Source: Felis catus
Lineage: Eukaryota
DNA: 64,000 nucleotides
Direction of reading: 5' to 3'
Assembly (NCBI RefSeq): GCF_018350175.1
Contig: NC_058368.1
Span: 184,018,001-184,082,000 of the forward strand
A program made the position numbers and the translations under genes. Below are positions 38,516 through 49,608 of this stretch, in pieces. The notes below the pieces were generated by a model. It was given only the letters and a program-made list of their open reading frames with translations, was not told the origin of the DNA and did not search any database. How positions within the stretch are numbered: position 1 is the stretch's first letter; each line of letters opens with the position of its first letter.

Positions 38516-39615
38516 TTCTATAGGAGAGGAAGATTACAAAGTGGAGCAGATAGGGACGGAAGCAAGACTTATCCAAGTATATTAATACACTTTTGACTTT
38601 TGAACCATGAAAATGTTTTTGTCCATTCAAAAATAAAATAAGAAATAAAAACAAACCTTACAATTCAAAACAACAGACACAAAATCATCTAACCGTACAT
38701 CAAATTGATAGAATAATAACAGAATAAAGGGATATCTCAAGTGACTTTGGACTGCATGGCATTCTAGCATCTCTAAGATTTGGATACTATGGCATTATGT
38801 GCTTCCTAATATGTCATATTTCAACTTTATAGCTGTACTGACGAAATCTCGTCAATCATATTTATCCTGAATCTAATCAAAACATTAAACCTAACCTCCA
38901 ATTTATAGGAAATACAGGCAAAATTAAACAATACTATGATTAACAATCGGGCAAGTCTAATGTGGGTAATTTTCTATAAGACAAATGTTCTAGGGCGCCT
39001 GGGTGGTTCAGTTGGTTAAGTGTCTGATTCTTGATTTTGGCTCAAGTCATGATCTTGCGGTTCATGATATCCAGTGCCAAGCTGGACTCTGAACTGACAG
39101 CGCAGAACCTGCTTGGGGTTCTCTCCCTTTCTCTCTGCCCCTCTCCCATTCGTGCTCATGTGTTCTCTCTCTCTCTCTCTCTCTCTCTCAAAAACAAATA
39201 CATAAAAATTAAGAAAAGACAAATGTTCTGATTTTTTAAAGGAAATGTAATGAGAAACAATTTAAAAGAGATTTAACACTCAAATACAATGCCTAAACCC
39301 AGATTAAGTCCTGACTTGGAATCACATACATGCCTACATATATATACATGTTGTAAGGGATATTTTTAGAATAATTCACAAAATTTGACAATATCCATCT
39401 AAACTGGATAGTAAGTGTTATCACAGAATTCTTAATTTTCTGATGCTGAAGTATGGCAAGATGAAGAGATATGATGTCTGCTACTTTCAAATGCTTCCCT
39501 AAGATAAATATGATAAAATATTAAACACTGCAAGATCTAGGTGCTGGGTAAGAAGTGTTTTCTGTGGCAGTCTAACTTTTTTTTACACCTGAATTTATCA
39601 TAATATAGAAGAAAA
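38516..39615 (+). mobile_element. Old L1M 3' UTR, right part
   Basis: TTTTGACTTTTGAACCATG...CCTGAATCTAATC...GATATGATGTCTGCTACTTTCAAATG...CATAATA plus A-rich end. Confidence 0.72.
38993..39215 (+). mobile_element. CanSINE
   Basis: TSD AAGACAAATGTTCT. Confidence 0.95.
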
Positions 39616-39626
39616 AGGTAATAATA

Positions 39627-39661
39627 TGTGTGTGTGTGTATGTGTGTGTGTGTGTGTGTGT
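39627..39661. repeat. (TG)n microsatellite
   Basis: Read directly from the sequence. Confidence 0.95.
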
Positions 39662-39664
39662 TGG

Positions 39665-40712
39665 CCTTTCTCTAGAATCTGACCCCTTTCACTATCTTCA
39701 CTGTCAGCCTGTTGGATCCCTGGTCATAGTCATCATCATCTCTCACCAGAATTACTGAGGTTGTCTCTTTTTTAGTTTCCCTGTTGCTCTCCTTGATGCC
39801 AACAGAGTTTAAAATGTAAGAAAAATATTGGGGCGCCCGGGTGGCTCAGTTGGTTAAGCATCTGACTCTGGATCTCTGCCCAGGTCATGATCGCACAGTT
39901 GGTGAGTTGGAGCCCTGCGTGGAGCTCTGTGCGGACAGTACACAACCTGCTTGAGATTCTGTCTCCTCTGTCTGCCCCTCCCCCACTTGCTTTCTATCTC
40001 TCTCTCTCAAAATAAAAAAATAAAATAAAATAAAATGGAAGAAAACTCATGTCACCCCTTCACTTAACACTCAGTAATGGCTCATCCATTTCACTCTGAC
40101 TCAAAGTCCAAGTTCTCACAGTGGCCTACAAGGCCCTAATGTTCTCCCTGCCCCAGCCCCATGCCCTCACTTCTCTAAATCACTTTCATGCCTCTAGTGC
40201 CTGGGTTCACTTTATTATAGGAGTGGCCCCCTTGCTCTTTCTCAAACATTTGGGCTTCTTCCCTCCCTACATTCTTGGCATTGGCTATTCACTCTTTCTG
40301 GAATTTTCTTCCCTAAGATAGCTACATAGCTGCCATCTCTACCTCCTTTATGTATTTACTCAAAACCACCACTTTCTGAGTCCTATCTCGATCACCCCAC
40401 TTACATTTGCAAACTGTTAGATTCCCCATATTCTCCCCTCCTTTCACTATTCTTCTCTAATTTTTAAATTAACAGGCTTTATATCTGCTCTGCTTTTAAA
40501 ATGTTTTCTCCATAGCTTTCATTACCTTGTGACACAGAGTACACATCATGTTTATTTTCATTGTCTGTCTCCCCTTGGTAGAACGTAAGCTCTGTGAAGG
40601 CGAACATTTTTGTTTCTCTTGTTTATTGATGGATGTACTAGGCCAAACTTCTATAACATTTCTAACTGGCACATATGTCTGCTTCAAAAACATATTTGTT
40701 GAAAGAATGAGA
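39665..40712 (+). mobile_element. L2, right part to the 3' end
   Basis: AGAATCTGACC...CATCATCTCTCACC...TAGAACGTAAGCTCTGTGAAGGC...ATATTTGTTGAAAGAATGA. Confidence 0.85.
39830..40031 (+). mobile_element. CanSINE
   Basis: TSD AAAATG(T/G)AAGAAAA. Confidence 0.93.
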
Positions 40713-41729
40713 ATCGAGGAATTAGGTGGGGGTTAGCCTTTGTTGGGTGGGTTGTTTTGGTTTTGGTTTTGGTTTTAGAAGCTTACGTGGCATGGCGTTT
40801 CCATCATAACTGATACTACCAGGTCATCTACAAAAAATGTTTTCCTTCAGAAGGCAGATGGATGCAGGACAAATCAATGAAAGTAGTATTTAAAACTGCC
40901 ATGCTTCTAAGTATGTTAGTAACACTCTTCATTAAGAAGAAATCTGCCTTAAAATAATAGAAATTGATTTTATGAGAACTGTTGAGTAGTTTTTGTACTG
41001 AGTAATTTTCTAATTTTCAAAGGGCAGGAAGCAAACCTCAACAGTAATATAAATTTTCTGTTTAACTATAACTTTCTTGAAGATAGTGGTAAATTTTTTA
41101 TATCTACTATGAATAATAGTCAAAATATCGCAAATAAGTAAGGGAGGCCAAGAGGTAAAAAAAAGAAAGTTTATTCACTTCAAAGTAAAAACCTAACACA
41201 TGGGTAGTTGACTTTATATTTCTATGAATAATATATAATGAATATGTTTACTTTGAAAATAAAATTATTTTCAAAAGCATAGTTCAGCTGCAAGTTTATG
41301 TCTTCCAGAATTATTTATATAAATTTCAATTTCATGATTGCTAACTTTTTGCATATAAAATTGCAAACTCATGAGCCAAAGTAGCTTCTACAGGGTGCAT
41401 CACCAAAGAGGTCACTGATGTGAGACAGATTACAATCTTGTTGGAAGTAATTCATGTGTAGGAAAATCATGAACCTACATTTAAAAAAATAAATAAAGTG
41501 CTTAAAGCAGGACGTGGCACATAGTACTACTTAACTGTTAGCTATTATCATTAATGTGACTATTATTTAGCCTTTTGAGTATCAATTTCTTTCAGGTATT
41601 TTTTAGTGTAGGGCTTTGCTACCCAGTGTGGTCTCTGGACCTGAACCAGCAACATTATCATAACCAGGTTAAAAAGAAGTTTTTTGTTCGTTCATTCGTT
41701 TGTTCGTTTGTTTGTTTGTTTAAAAGGCT

Positions 41730-42350
41730 AGAATACTGAAGAACAGAATGTGAAGGGCACAGAGTGTGACCTGATGCTGGAAAGGTTGTCCTTCCAGCAT
41801 AAGCAAAGATTAGAACCTGCATTGAGGTCTTTATTCTAAATTCTCGTGTTTATTCTAAATTCAGTGGGGGAACTACTGAAAGATTTTGACAGGTATATAA
41901 TCAGGTCGCACTTAAGTTACTATGGTTGCTTTAGCATCAGGGTAAAAAATCTCTGAGACATGGTGGCATGGGCCAAGTAAATGGAGGGACATTAATTAGT
42001 AAGGAGACTAACAGGGTACTTTAGTGGGACTACAGAATTCAAGAGACATTTAGGGAGGACTCAAGGATTACTCTTATATTCCAGAGTTGTTCAATCAGAT
42101 GAATGATAGTCCCATTCAATGAGATATGGAACACCAAGAGAAAACCAGATTTTATTTTAGATCGAGGATTTTAAATTTGTCCTCAGAGACATTGAGTTTG
42201 AGGTGTTAATAGGACACCTAAAAGCAAGAAATGAATCGGCTTCATGATAGAAATATCTAATCTCAGAGGAGGGATGTTGGCTGGAGATATAAACTTAGAA
42301 GCCATTGACTAGACCTCAAGAAGCCCCCATATCTACAGTCCAGTTAGAGA
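41730..42350 (-). mobile_element. L2 fragment
   Basis: GACATTGAGTTTGAGGTG...GGCTGGAGATATAAACTTAGAAGCCAT. Confidence 0.72.
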
Positions 42351-43309
42351 AAAAAAATTGCAAATAAAAAAGTGATCAATAAAATGCACATTAATGACAT
42401 AATGGCCAGTCCCAAAAGTTCAGACAGTCACTTTTAAGAGCATACCATTTGTAAGAGATGAAAATGTACACAGTATGAAAAAATTATGTGCTGATAAAGG
42501 AATAGTCAAATAAACAAGTAAGTAGTCATATTATTCTAGAAAAAATTATATCCAAGCCATACTTGCAGAATACAGAATGATGCGTTTAGCAGACATTTAT
42601 CTGATATCCTTTAATCAACCTGAGTGTAGATTTCACAGTTCAAAATCCAGTAGACAGGAATTTCATAACATGATGAATGGCAGAATATAAGCAATAGGAA
42701 ACAAGATCCTTGAATGAAGCCGGGGGGGAGTATTATCAACATTTACACCAAACTGCAAATGTTGTAAAAGGAAGGAAGTGATGGATAGTAAGGAGAAACC
42801 AGAAACAGGGAGGGGAAAATGCTACATGATTGGAATCTCATGAACACAGCAAGACTGGCTGTGAACCTTAGGAAAAGCAGTCAGAAAACAGTTTTAAAAT
42901 TTAAGGTAAGAAAGAGAGAAACCAATGAAATTAGCATGAAGTATAAACAATTTCAAACTTGGAACCTAATATATATCAGCTGAAGAAGGGGTGGAAATTC
43001 TACTTTTGAGCTAATGACTATAAGAAGAATTACTTAGGAAGGGGAAGACTACATGAAACAGTAAAGAATACTAAACATACTATTTCTCATAAGTATAATT
43101 TACTGAGAGGATCTTCATTTGACGCTTGTTTCAGCCTTAAAGGCTGACCAGATCTGTCTTTTACAATGTGCTATTTCTAACATTTCAAGGGTAATTCTGA
43201 CCCAGAGTAAATCTAGTCTGTGTGGAAATGAACCCATTTCAATTGATTTCTAAAAATAATAGGTAAGACTATTTTCAATCTTATTCAATAAAGCATAAAT
43301 CTAATAGTT

Positions 43310-43485
43310 TGGACTGTCGAGTCTCATTGTTTATGATCTAGTTATAGCTTGTAAACTGACACCTTGGGAAAGTTATTTAATTTCCCTTTGTCTCAATTAT
43401 CTCATATATAAAATGGGAATAATAATATTACCTACTTGGCTATTCACGGTATATGGAGTGAATAATTCCATCAGCTATTATTATT
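43310..43485 (+). mobile_element. MIR fragment
   Basis: CCTTGGGAAAGTTATTTAATTTCCCTTTGTCTCAATTATCTCATATATAAAATGGGAATAATAAT. Confidence 0.7.
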
Positions 43486-43956
43486 TTACAATTATATTAA
43501 TTGTAAGTCATGTCTTTATAATCGTTTAAGAGTTCTTGAAAAGACAAATGAAGAAATGTACTTTCTTGCATATTCTATTTTAGAATATTAGAGCTAAGTT
43601 GATATAGTTGTTTGATTTACCGAGGAAGGGAAGGCCCAGGAAGATGAGCAAATTTTCTTAAAATAATGGTGAGTCTATTTCTTCTACTCCTAATCCAGGG
43701 CTCCTCTTCCACATAAACATGAGTATTTTTGGTTAAACAAAGTTAAAGTTTTATGTCTACATATATATAATATTTTCTAACCTCACTGCCTCATTGCATT
43801 TCAATCATTCCTATTATAGGAAGGATATAGACATATGTAGGAAATTATTTAACTTATACTTTTTAAATTGATTTCAAGGTAGATATTTGAAAAATTGAAG
43901 ACCTGTATAATACTCACTTTTTAATTGGTTATACAAAAAAAATTTGTTTTACCACC

Positions 43957-44322
43957 TATCTTAGTCTATTTGGATTATTATAACAAAATACCGTACGTGG
44001 GGTGGCTTGTAAGCCACAGAAATTTATTTCTCACTGTTTTAAAGGTTGGGTAGTCCAAGGCGCCAATAGATTGTACATGAGGGCCCTCTCGTGAGGGCCC
44101 ATTTTCTGTTCATAGACAGGCATATTTTTGTTGTGTCCTCACAGGGCAAAGGGAAGGGATTTTTCTGGGGTTTTTATAAGGCCACTAATCACATTTATGA
44201 GGGTTCCACCCCCCATGAAATAATCACCTCCCAAGGGTGCCCACCCCCTCATACCATCACCTTGGGAGTTAGAATTGCCAAAATATGAATTTTAAGTTAA
44301 CACAAACATTTAGACCATCTCA
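43957..44322 (-). mobile_element. MLT1A-type MaLR solo LTR
   Basis: TCTTAGTCTATTTGG...CAGAAATTTATTTCTCAC...TAATCACCTCCCAA...AAACATTTAGACCAT. Confidence 0.88.
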
Positions 44323-44426
44323 TCCCTTAAATAAGATAAAATAAATTGTTATTAGCATAATTATACTTAGAAAATGAAGTTTTAGTATTTAGAACAGGCT
44401 TCCAATAGAATTTTTTTCTAGATTAT

Positions 44427-44837
44427 TATATTAGTCTAATATGGCTGCCATAAAAACATGACAAAACAAAAAACACAGAAACAAACAGATTAAAAACAAA
44501 CAAACAACAACCCACAGACTGAGTGGCCTTCACAACAGAAATAGGTGCCCTCAGGGTTGGTTTCCTCTGGGGACACTCTCCCCTTTGTTTGCAGATGGCC
44601 ACCCTCATGCTTCCTCTTTATGGATTTCTGCCTCTGAGTACCTGAGCCCCTGGAGTCTCTCCTTATGACCTAATCCCCTCCTTAAAAGGACACTACTCAT
44701 ATTACATTAGGGCCCACTCTCATTTTAGCATAATTATCACTTTAAAGGCCCTATCTCCAAATATGGTCACATTTTGAGTTACTCAGTGTTAGGGCTTCAA
44801 TGCATGAATTATAAAAAACACAATTCAGCTCAGAATA
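44427..44837 (-). mobile_element. MLT1B-type MaLR solo LTR
   Basis: GGCTGCCATAA...TTGCAGATGGCC...ATTAGGGCCCAC...AAAGGCCCTATCTCCAAATATGGTCACATT...CACAATTCAGC. Confidence 0.85.
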
Positions 44838-45427
44838 GTTTTCTTTAAAATCATTTTAAATTGTAAAATGTCACATGTCTCAGTAATTTACTGTTACATA
44901 AAACTGGCGTTTTATTCTCTATACCCCTTTACCATCCCTGCCCTTCAAGAAATATGACTTTGCTTAAAAAATGAACTGGTAAAAACCTATTCCATCTGCG
45001 TACTTTAAATAACCCAGAGAGAGTCTTTAGAACAAGCTCATGAATCATGTTCTTGACTTTACTTATGTCAAATCCATTTCTGGACCCTTTCTTCCTGAAA
45101 ATGGTTAATGATCCATGTACTATCTGACAATTCAAAATTCCTTCTACTTTTAGGCTTACATTTGCGGCTGAATTTCAGGGGTACAACATTTTAATATTAC
45201 TACTGAAACTGGATAAATTGTCATGCTATTAAAAAGTAAGGGCAGGAAGGATGTCAAAACCATAGCAAAACTGTATGTAATTTAGTCTGAGTTTCAGCTT
45301 TACTTGTTTAAATGATCTTACCTCTTTTGCTTTTCAAACATACCTTTTTCAAAGATATTTTTCTCAGTTTTTTTTTAACTATCTCCGTATTTTATTTCTG
45401 AGAATGGTTAAGAATACAGTAAGAGAG

Positions 45428-45636
45428 GGGCGCCTGGGTGGTGCAGTCCTTAAGCATCTGACTTCAGCCAGGTCACGATCTCGCGGTCATTGAGTTCGAG
45501 CCCCGTGTCGGGCTCTGGGCTGATAGCTCGGAGCCTGGAGCCTGTTTCCGATTCTGTGTCTCCCTCTCTCTCTGCCCCTCCCCCGTTCATGCTCTGTCTC
45601 TCTCTGTCCCAAAAATAAATAAACGTTGAAAAAAAA
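45428..45636 (+). mobile_element. Young felid CanSINE (SINEC_Fc-type)
   Basis: Perfect 18-bp TSD AAGAATACAGTAAGAGAG at 45410-45427 and 45637-45654. Confidence 0.97.
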
Positions 45637-46504
45637 AAGAATACAGTAAGAGAGAAGGGCAGGGAGACATTGAGCTGCAACGCATCTTGCCTAAGGATCT
45701 CCTAATATATGGTTTTCATTTTGTATCTTCATTTATGAACTTACTTATATCTTTAGAACACAAACTTTTCCTGAGAAATATCCGATCTATATAAGATGAG
45801 GGGGAAACACTCATAAAAATATATCTAGAAGTCTGTTTGAAAATCTAACTGTATTAGAGTCTATATAAGCACAGAAGGAGTTCCACAAAGCAAGGAATTA
45901 AAAAGCCAGTCACTGGAAGTTTGCTGGTGGAGACAGGACTCAAGGAGATCTTTTAAGGAGAGGTCTGATTTAGATATGGATGTTTGATGGATGGCTTCTC
46001 TGAGGACTTTGTCACAGCCTAAACAGGCTTTGAGGCAAAGATTAGGAAACAAGTAGGGCATGTTGAAGATTATTTGGAATAACAGTGCATGTTGATGGCT
46101 TTTTCTGTATTTCATGAGGTATTGGTATGTTCACATAACACTGACAAAATTTGAGAAGTATAAATGTCCACCACCTTTTCTATTCTAGCTTCCTGAGGCA
46201 GATTCTCTTTTTGTTTTATACCACTTGGGGTTTTCATCATGCCTGTGGGATTACCATAATGGGTAGAAGATCAGAATGGAAGAAACCAAATGACAACACA
46301 CAAGAAATACACTAATATGCATTTGGTAAAGGGTAGATCTAGGAGGTTGAAGGAAGGTGGAGGATAGATGTAGATGGGATATTGTTAAGAGTCATTTGGG
46401 GGAGTGGTCCACACACTGAATTGTGGGAGAGAAAAGTGGCTGAAGTGCCCCTAAAAGGTGCCTTCGAAAAAGATAACTTGTTTCCCCTGGGAATAAAATG
46501 TGTC

Positions 46505-46706
46505 TTTTTAATGTTTGTTTATTTATGACAAGAGAAGGAGAGAAAGAGAGGGCGAGAGGCAGAAAGAGAGGAAAAGAGAATCCTAAGCAGGCTCTGCACT
46601 GCCAGCACAGATCCTAACCTGGGGCTTGAACTCATGAACTGTGAGATCGTGACCCAGGCCAAAATCTAGAGTTAGATGCTTAACTGACAGAACCACCCAG
46701 GTGCCC
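46505..46706 (-). mobile_element. CanSINE
   Basis: TSD TGGGAATAAAATG. Confidence 0.94.
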
Positions 46707-46882
46707 TGGGAATAAAATGCATCTTATTAATTTATATTAATTATACTAATTTTTCTTAGCAAGTTTCTTATTTTGAGAAGAAAATACTGATTGCATTTTA
46801 AGAGATGAAACTAGTGTCTCTAAGCACTAGTTTCTCTAAGCACTAGGCTTCATGAAGATGCATCATTAAAACCATAAACACA

Positions 46883-47025
46883 GTGGCACCTGGGTGGCTC
46901 AGCTGGTTGAGCATCCAACTTCAGCCCAGGTCATGATCTCACAGTTCATGAGTTCGAGCCCCACATGGGGCTCTCTGCTGTCAGCCCAGAGCCTGCTTCA
47001 AATCCTCTGTCTCTCTCTCTGCCCC

Positions 47026-47056
<31 letters not shown>

Positions 47057-47102
47057 TTCTCTTTCTCTCTCTCTCTCAGAAGTAAATAAACATTAAAAAA
47101 AA
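46883..47102 (+). mobile_element. CanSINE carrying a (CTG)9 tract
   Basis: TSD AAAACCATAAACA; (CTG)9 at 47030-47056. Confidence 0.95.
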
Positions 47103-47436
47103 AAAACCATAAACATATATTAGGGTATGAATGATGTCCCTCTTTGCCATTTCTAATGAGCCTTCTATAGCTCATTCCCCTAGGCTTAGGTTGCCTAAGT
47201 GACAGAAAGGAAGCACATGACTTCCCTGTAGATTCCTATTAAGTTTCAGCTCACCCTCCATTGGCACAGAAATTCTATAAACAAATACAGAGGATGTAAG
47301 AGATTTTTACATCATTAGTATCAACAGTGTACTTGATAGTTTTATGTCTCACCCAGGCTATATAGCACAATCTAGTATTTGAACATATACTGAATCAAAA
47401 TAGTTAAAACAAAATGTATTTATTAATCCCCTACAA

Positions 47437-47675
47437 CAGTATTTCTCAAACTTTTCTTTCATTATTGCCCATCTAAGGAGACTCTGTTGACAAAACCTAG
47501 TTGTCACCTCTCCAAATAAAATATTAACATCACATATATACATCTATCTGTTTATGTGCTATATGTACATCCAATCTTTATACTTAAAAACAGCAAGCAA
47601 GAACAAAACTCCACCTACTGCTACAACCAAGAACCAGTTTTCAACCACTTGGAGTTTCCCTAAAATAATTGAGGG
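47437..47675 (+). mobile_element. MER112-like hAT-Charlie relic
   Basis: CAGTATTTCTCAAACTTTTCTTTCATTATTGCCCATCTAAGGAG...TATCTGTTTATGT...CCAAGAACCAGTTTTC. Confidence 0.65.
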
Positions 47676-48209
47676 ATATCTTTTTTTAAAAAAGGCAAAA
47701 CACTGATTGCCTTGATACTACTAACTTCAGCTATACTTCAAATTTACAAGGATTTACTTAAAGGAAACTGCACTAAGATGATATATGTCAGACTGTTTGT
47801 TTCTCTCAAATCTTAGTCATATTTTGTACTCCAGCTTTATGTGGTAATGGTGTATAGCTTTTCTAATCATAGATCCTCTGGTTATATTTTAAACAAATGT
47901 TACAAATGTTGGTTCAAACACATCTCAAGTAGAATTATGGTCTAAAGTTTATAGTAATTCATTTATCAACCTGTAAAGTTCAGACAAGTAAGCCATGATG
48001 CTGAGAAAAACTGAGAGTAAATCCAAAAGCAGTAGCTAGGCTAATCAGCATTTCTTCATAAAAAGAGAAACATCACTAAGCTCTTTACTAGAGAGGATGG
48101 AAAGAGAACAGTAACTTGAATAGCAACCTGGGTGAAGTGAAAGGGAAAAGGGAAGATTTGACATTTACTGACCTAAATTTGAAATGTAATTTAACTTTGA
48201 TTTCAAAGA

Positions 48210-48257
<48 letters not shown>
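48210..48257. repeat. (CA)n microsatellite
   Basis: Read directly from the sequence. Confidence 0.97.
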
Positions 48258-48258
<1 letters not shown>

Positions 48259-49501
48259 CTTTCTGCCAAGATACGCTTACATTTCCTTGAACTGAGATAT
48301 ATATTTTCACCTTTAATAACTGCAACCATTTAATCAGAATAAAGGAAAAACTTTCGTATAGGTTTGCAGTATGTTAACTCAGTGGTAGAATGTAATGAAT
48401 GTTCCATATTACCTTTAATTGAAACATATATATTACTAGTAAAGTTCATAAATCACAAGTGAAGAAAAAAAACATGAAGTCATAAATTTGACACATTTTA
48501 CATTAAAATAGATACATCAACTATTAAAATAAATGTATCTCTTACTGAGAAAATAGATCAAAATCAAATCTAATAGTTCACTTACCAAATCAGACATCCA
48601 CTATTGAATCATTACTTATTGAATACTGAAGAAGATACATCATCTATCATATCAAATACCTTCTCTAGTAAATCAGCCTCACCATCTGACTTAAAACTGT
48701 CTCCTACTAAATCAAAAAACCACCCAATAAATCAAAGCAATATTGCATCAAGGAATTTCATTTAAAGTAAATATAGTGCATCATCAAACAGCATATATCA
48801 TAGTAAAGGTATCATTTATTAAGAGAAAGATATGCTTTTTGCCACCTAATTCTTTCAAATAGGTTCCTTTTGGGAAGTACAAACTTATGCATTTAGACTG
48901 CTTTTAACTATCATTTTAAAAAACATATTTTCTAAGCAAATAATACCCAAACAATAAGGCAGTATCTGAGGATGTTTAAGGTAAGTTTAGACACTTAAAT
49001 AGCTCCAGTGGGTTACAATAGTTTAAGTAGTTTAACAGTAGGTTAATTTTACTTTGTTGTTGTTGTTGTTTTCTATTCTGTGGGATTGTTGTTGTTTTGT
49101 TTGTTTAATCAATTGGCGGGAAAGCATTGGAAAGCAGCGAGTCTAAGCCATCTCTCCCTCACTCTTACTGCATTTTTACAAACACATGCAGATAGTTTTA
49201 AGGTCTCCTCACATTCTATATCACACCCTCCACTTAGCGGTGGCTGGAACAAAGTGGTAGAAGCCTGGATGTGGGATAAACGAGGAACATTGCCAAGAAT
49301 ATCTTTGTAATTCCTAAGTTTCCTGGAGAATTTAAGGCAAAGCATTTCGTCCAAATTTATATTAAGAATATTTCCTTTTTCTTTGGTTCTGTATTTTGTC
49401 TTTGAAAACAATAAAGTACACATTTTAATTCAGAATAGAATTCTCCTAGTGGAAAAGATACTCAGTGATAAATCCTATCAAAAATTCTCATCAGATTATA
49501 A

Positions 49502-49608
49502 TTTTTTTTTTTATTTTAAGTAAATTCTATGCCACATGTGTGGCTCCAACTCGCAATCCCAAGATCAAGAGTTGCATCCTCTACCAACTGAGCCAGCCAG
49601 GTGCCCCC
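49502..49608 (-). mobile_element. Short, older CanSINE type lacking the (CT)n tract
   Basis: Reverse complement GGGGCACCTGGCTGGCTCAGTTGGTAGAG...AGAATTTACTTAAAATAAAA; TSD CATCA.AT.ATAATTTT. Confidence 0.88.

Noticed and set aside
46810..46846. Short direct duplications (also ~1004, ~41830, ~52130) suggestive of repeat-spacer arrays
   Set aside because: Only two or three copies with no unique spacers. These are ordinary slippage duplications, not CRISPR-like.
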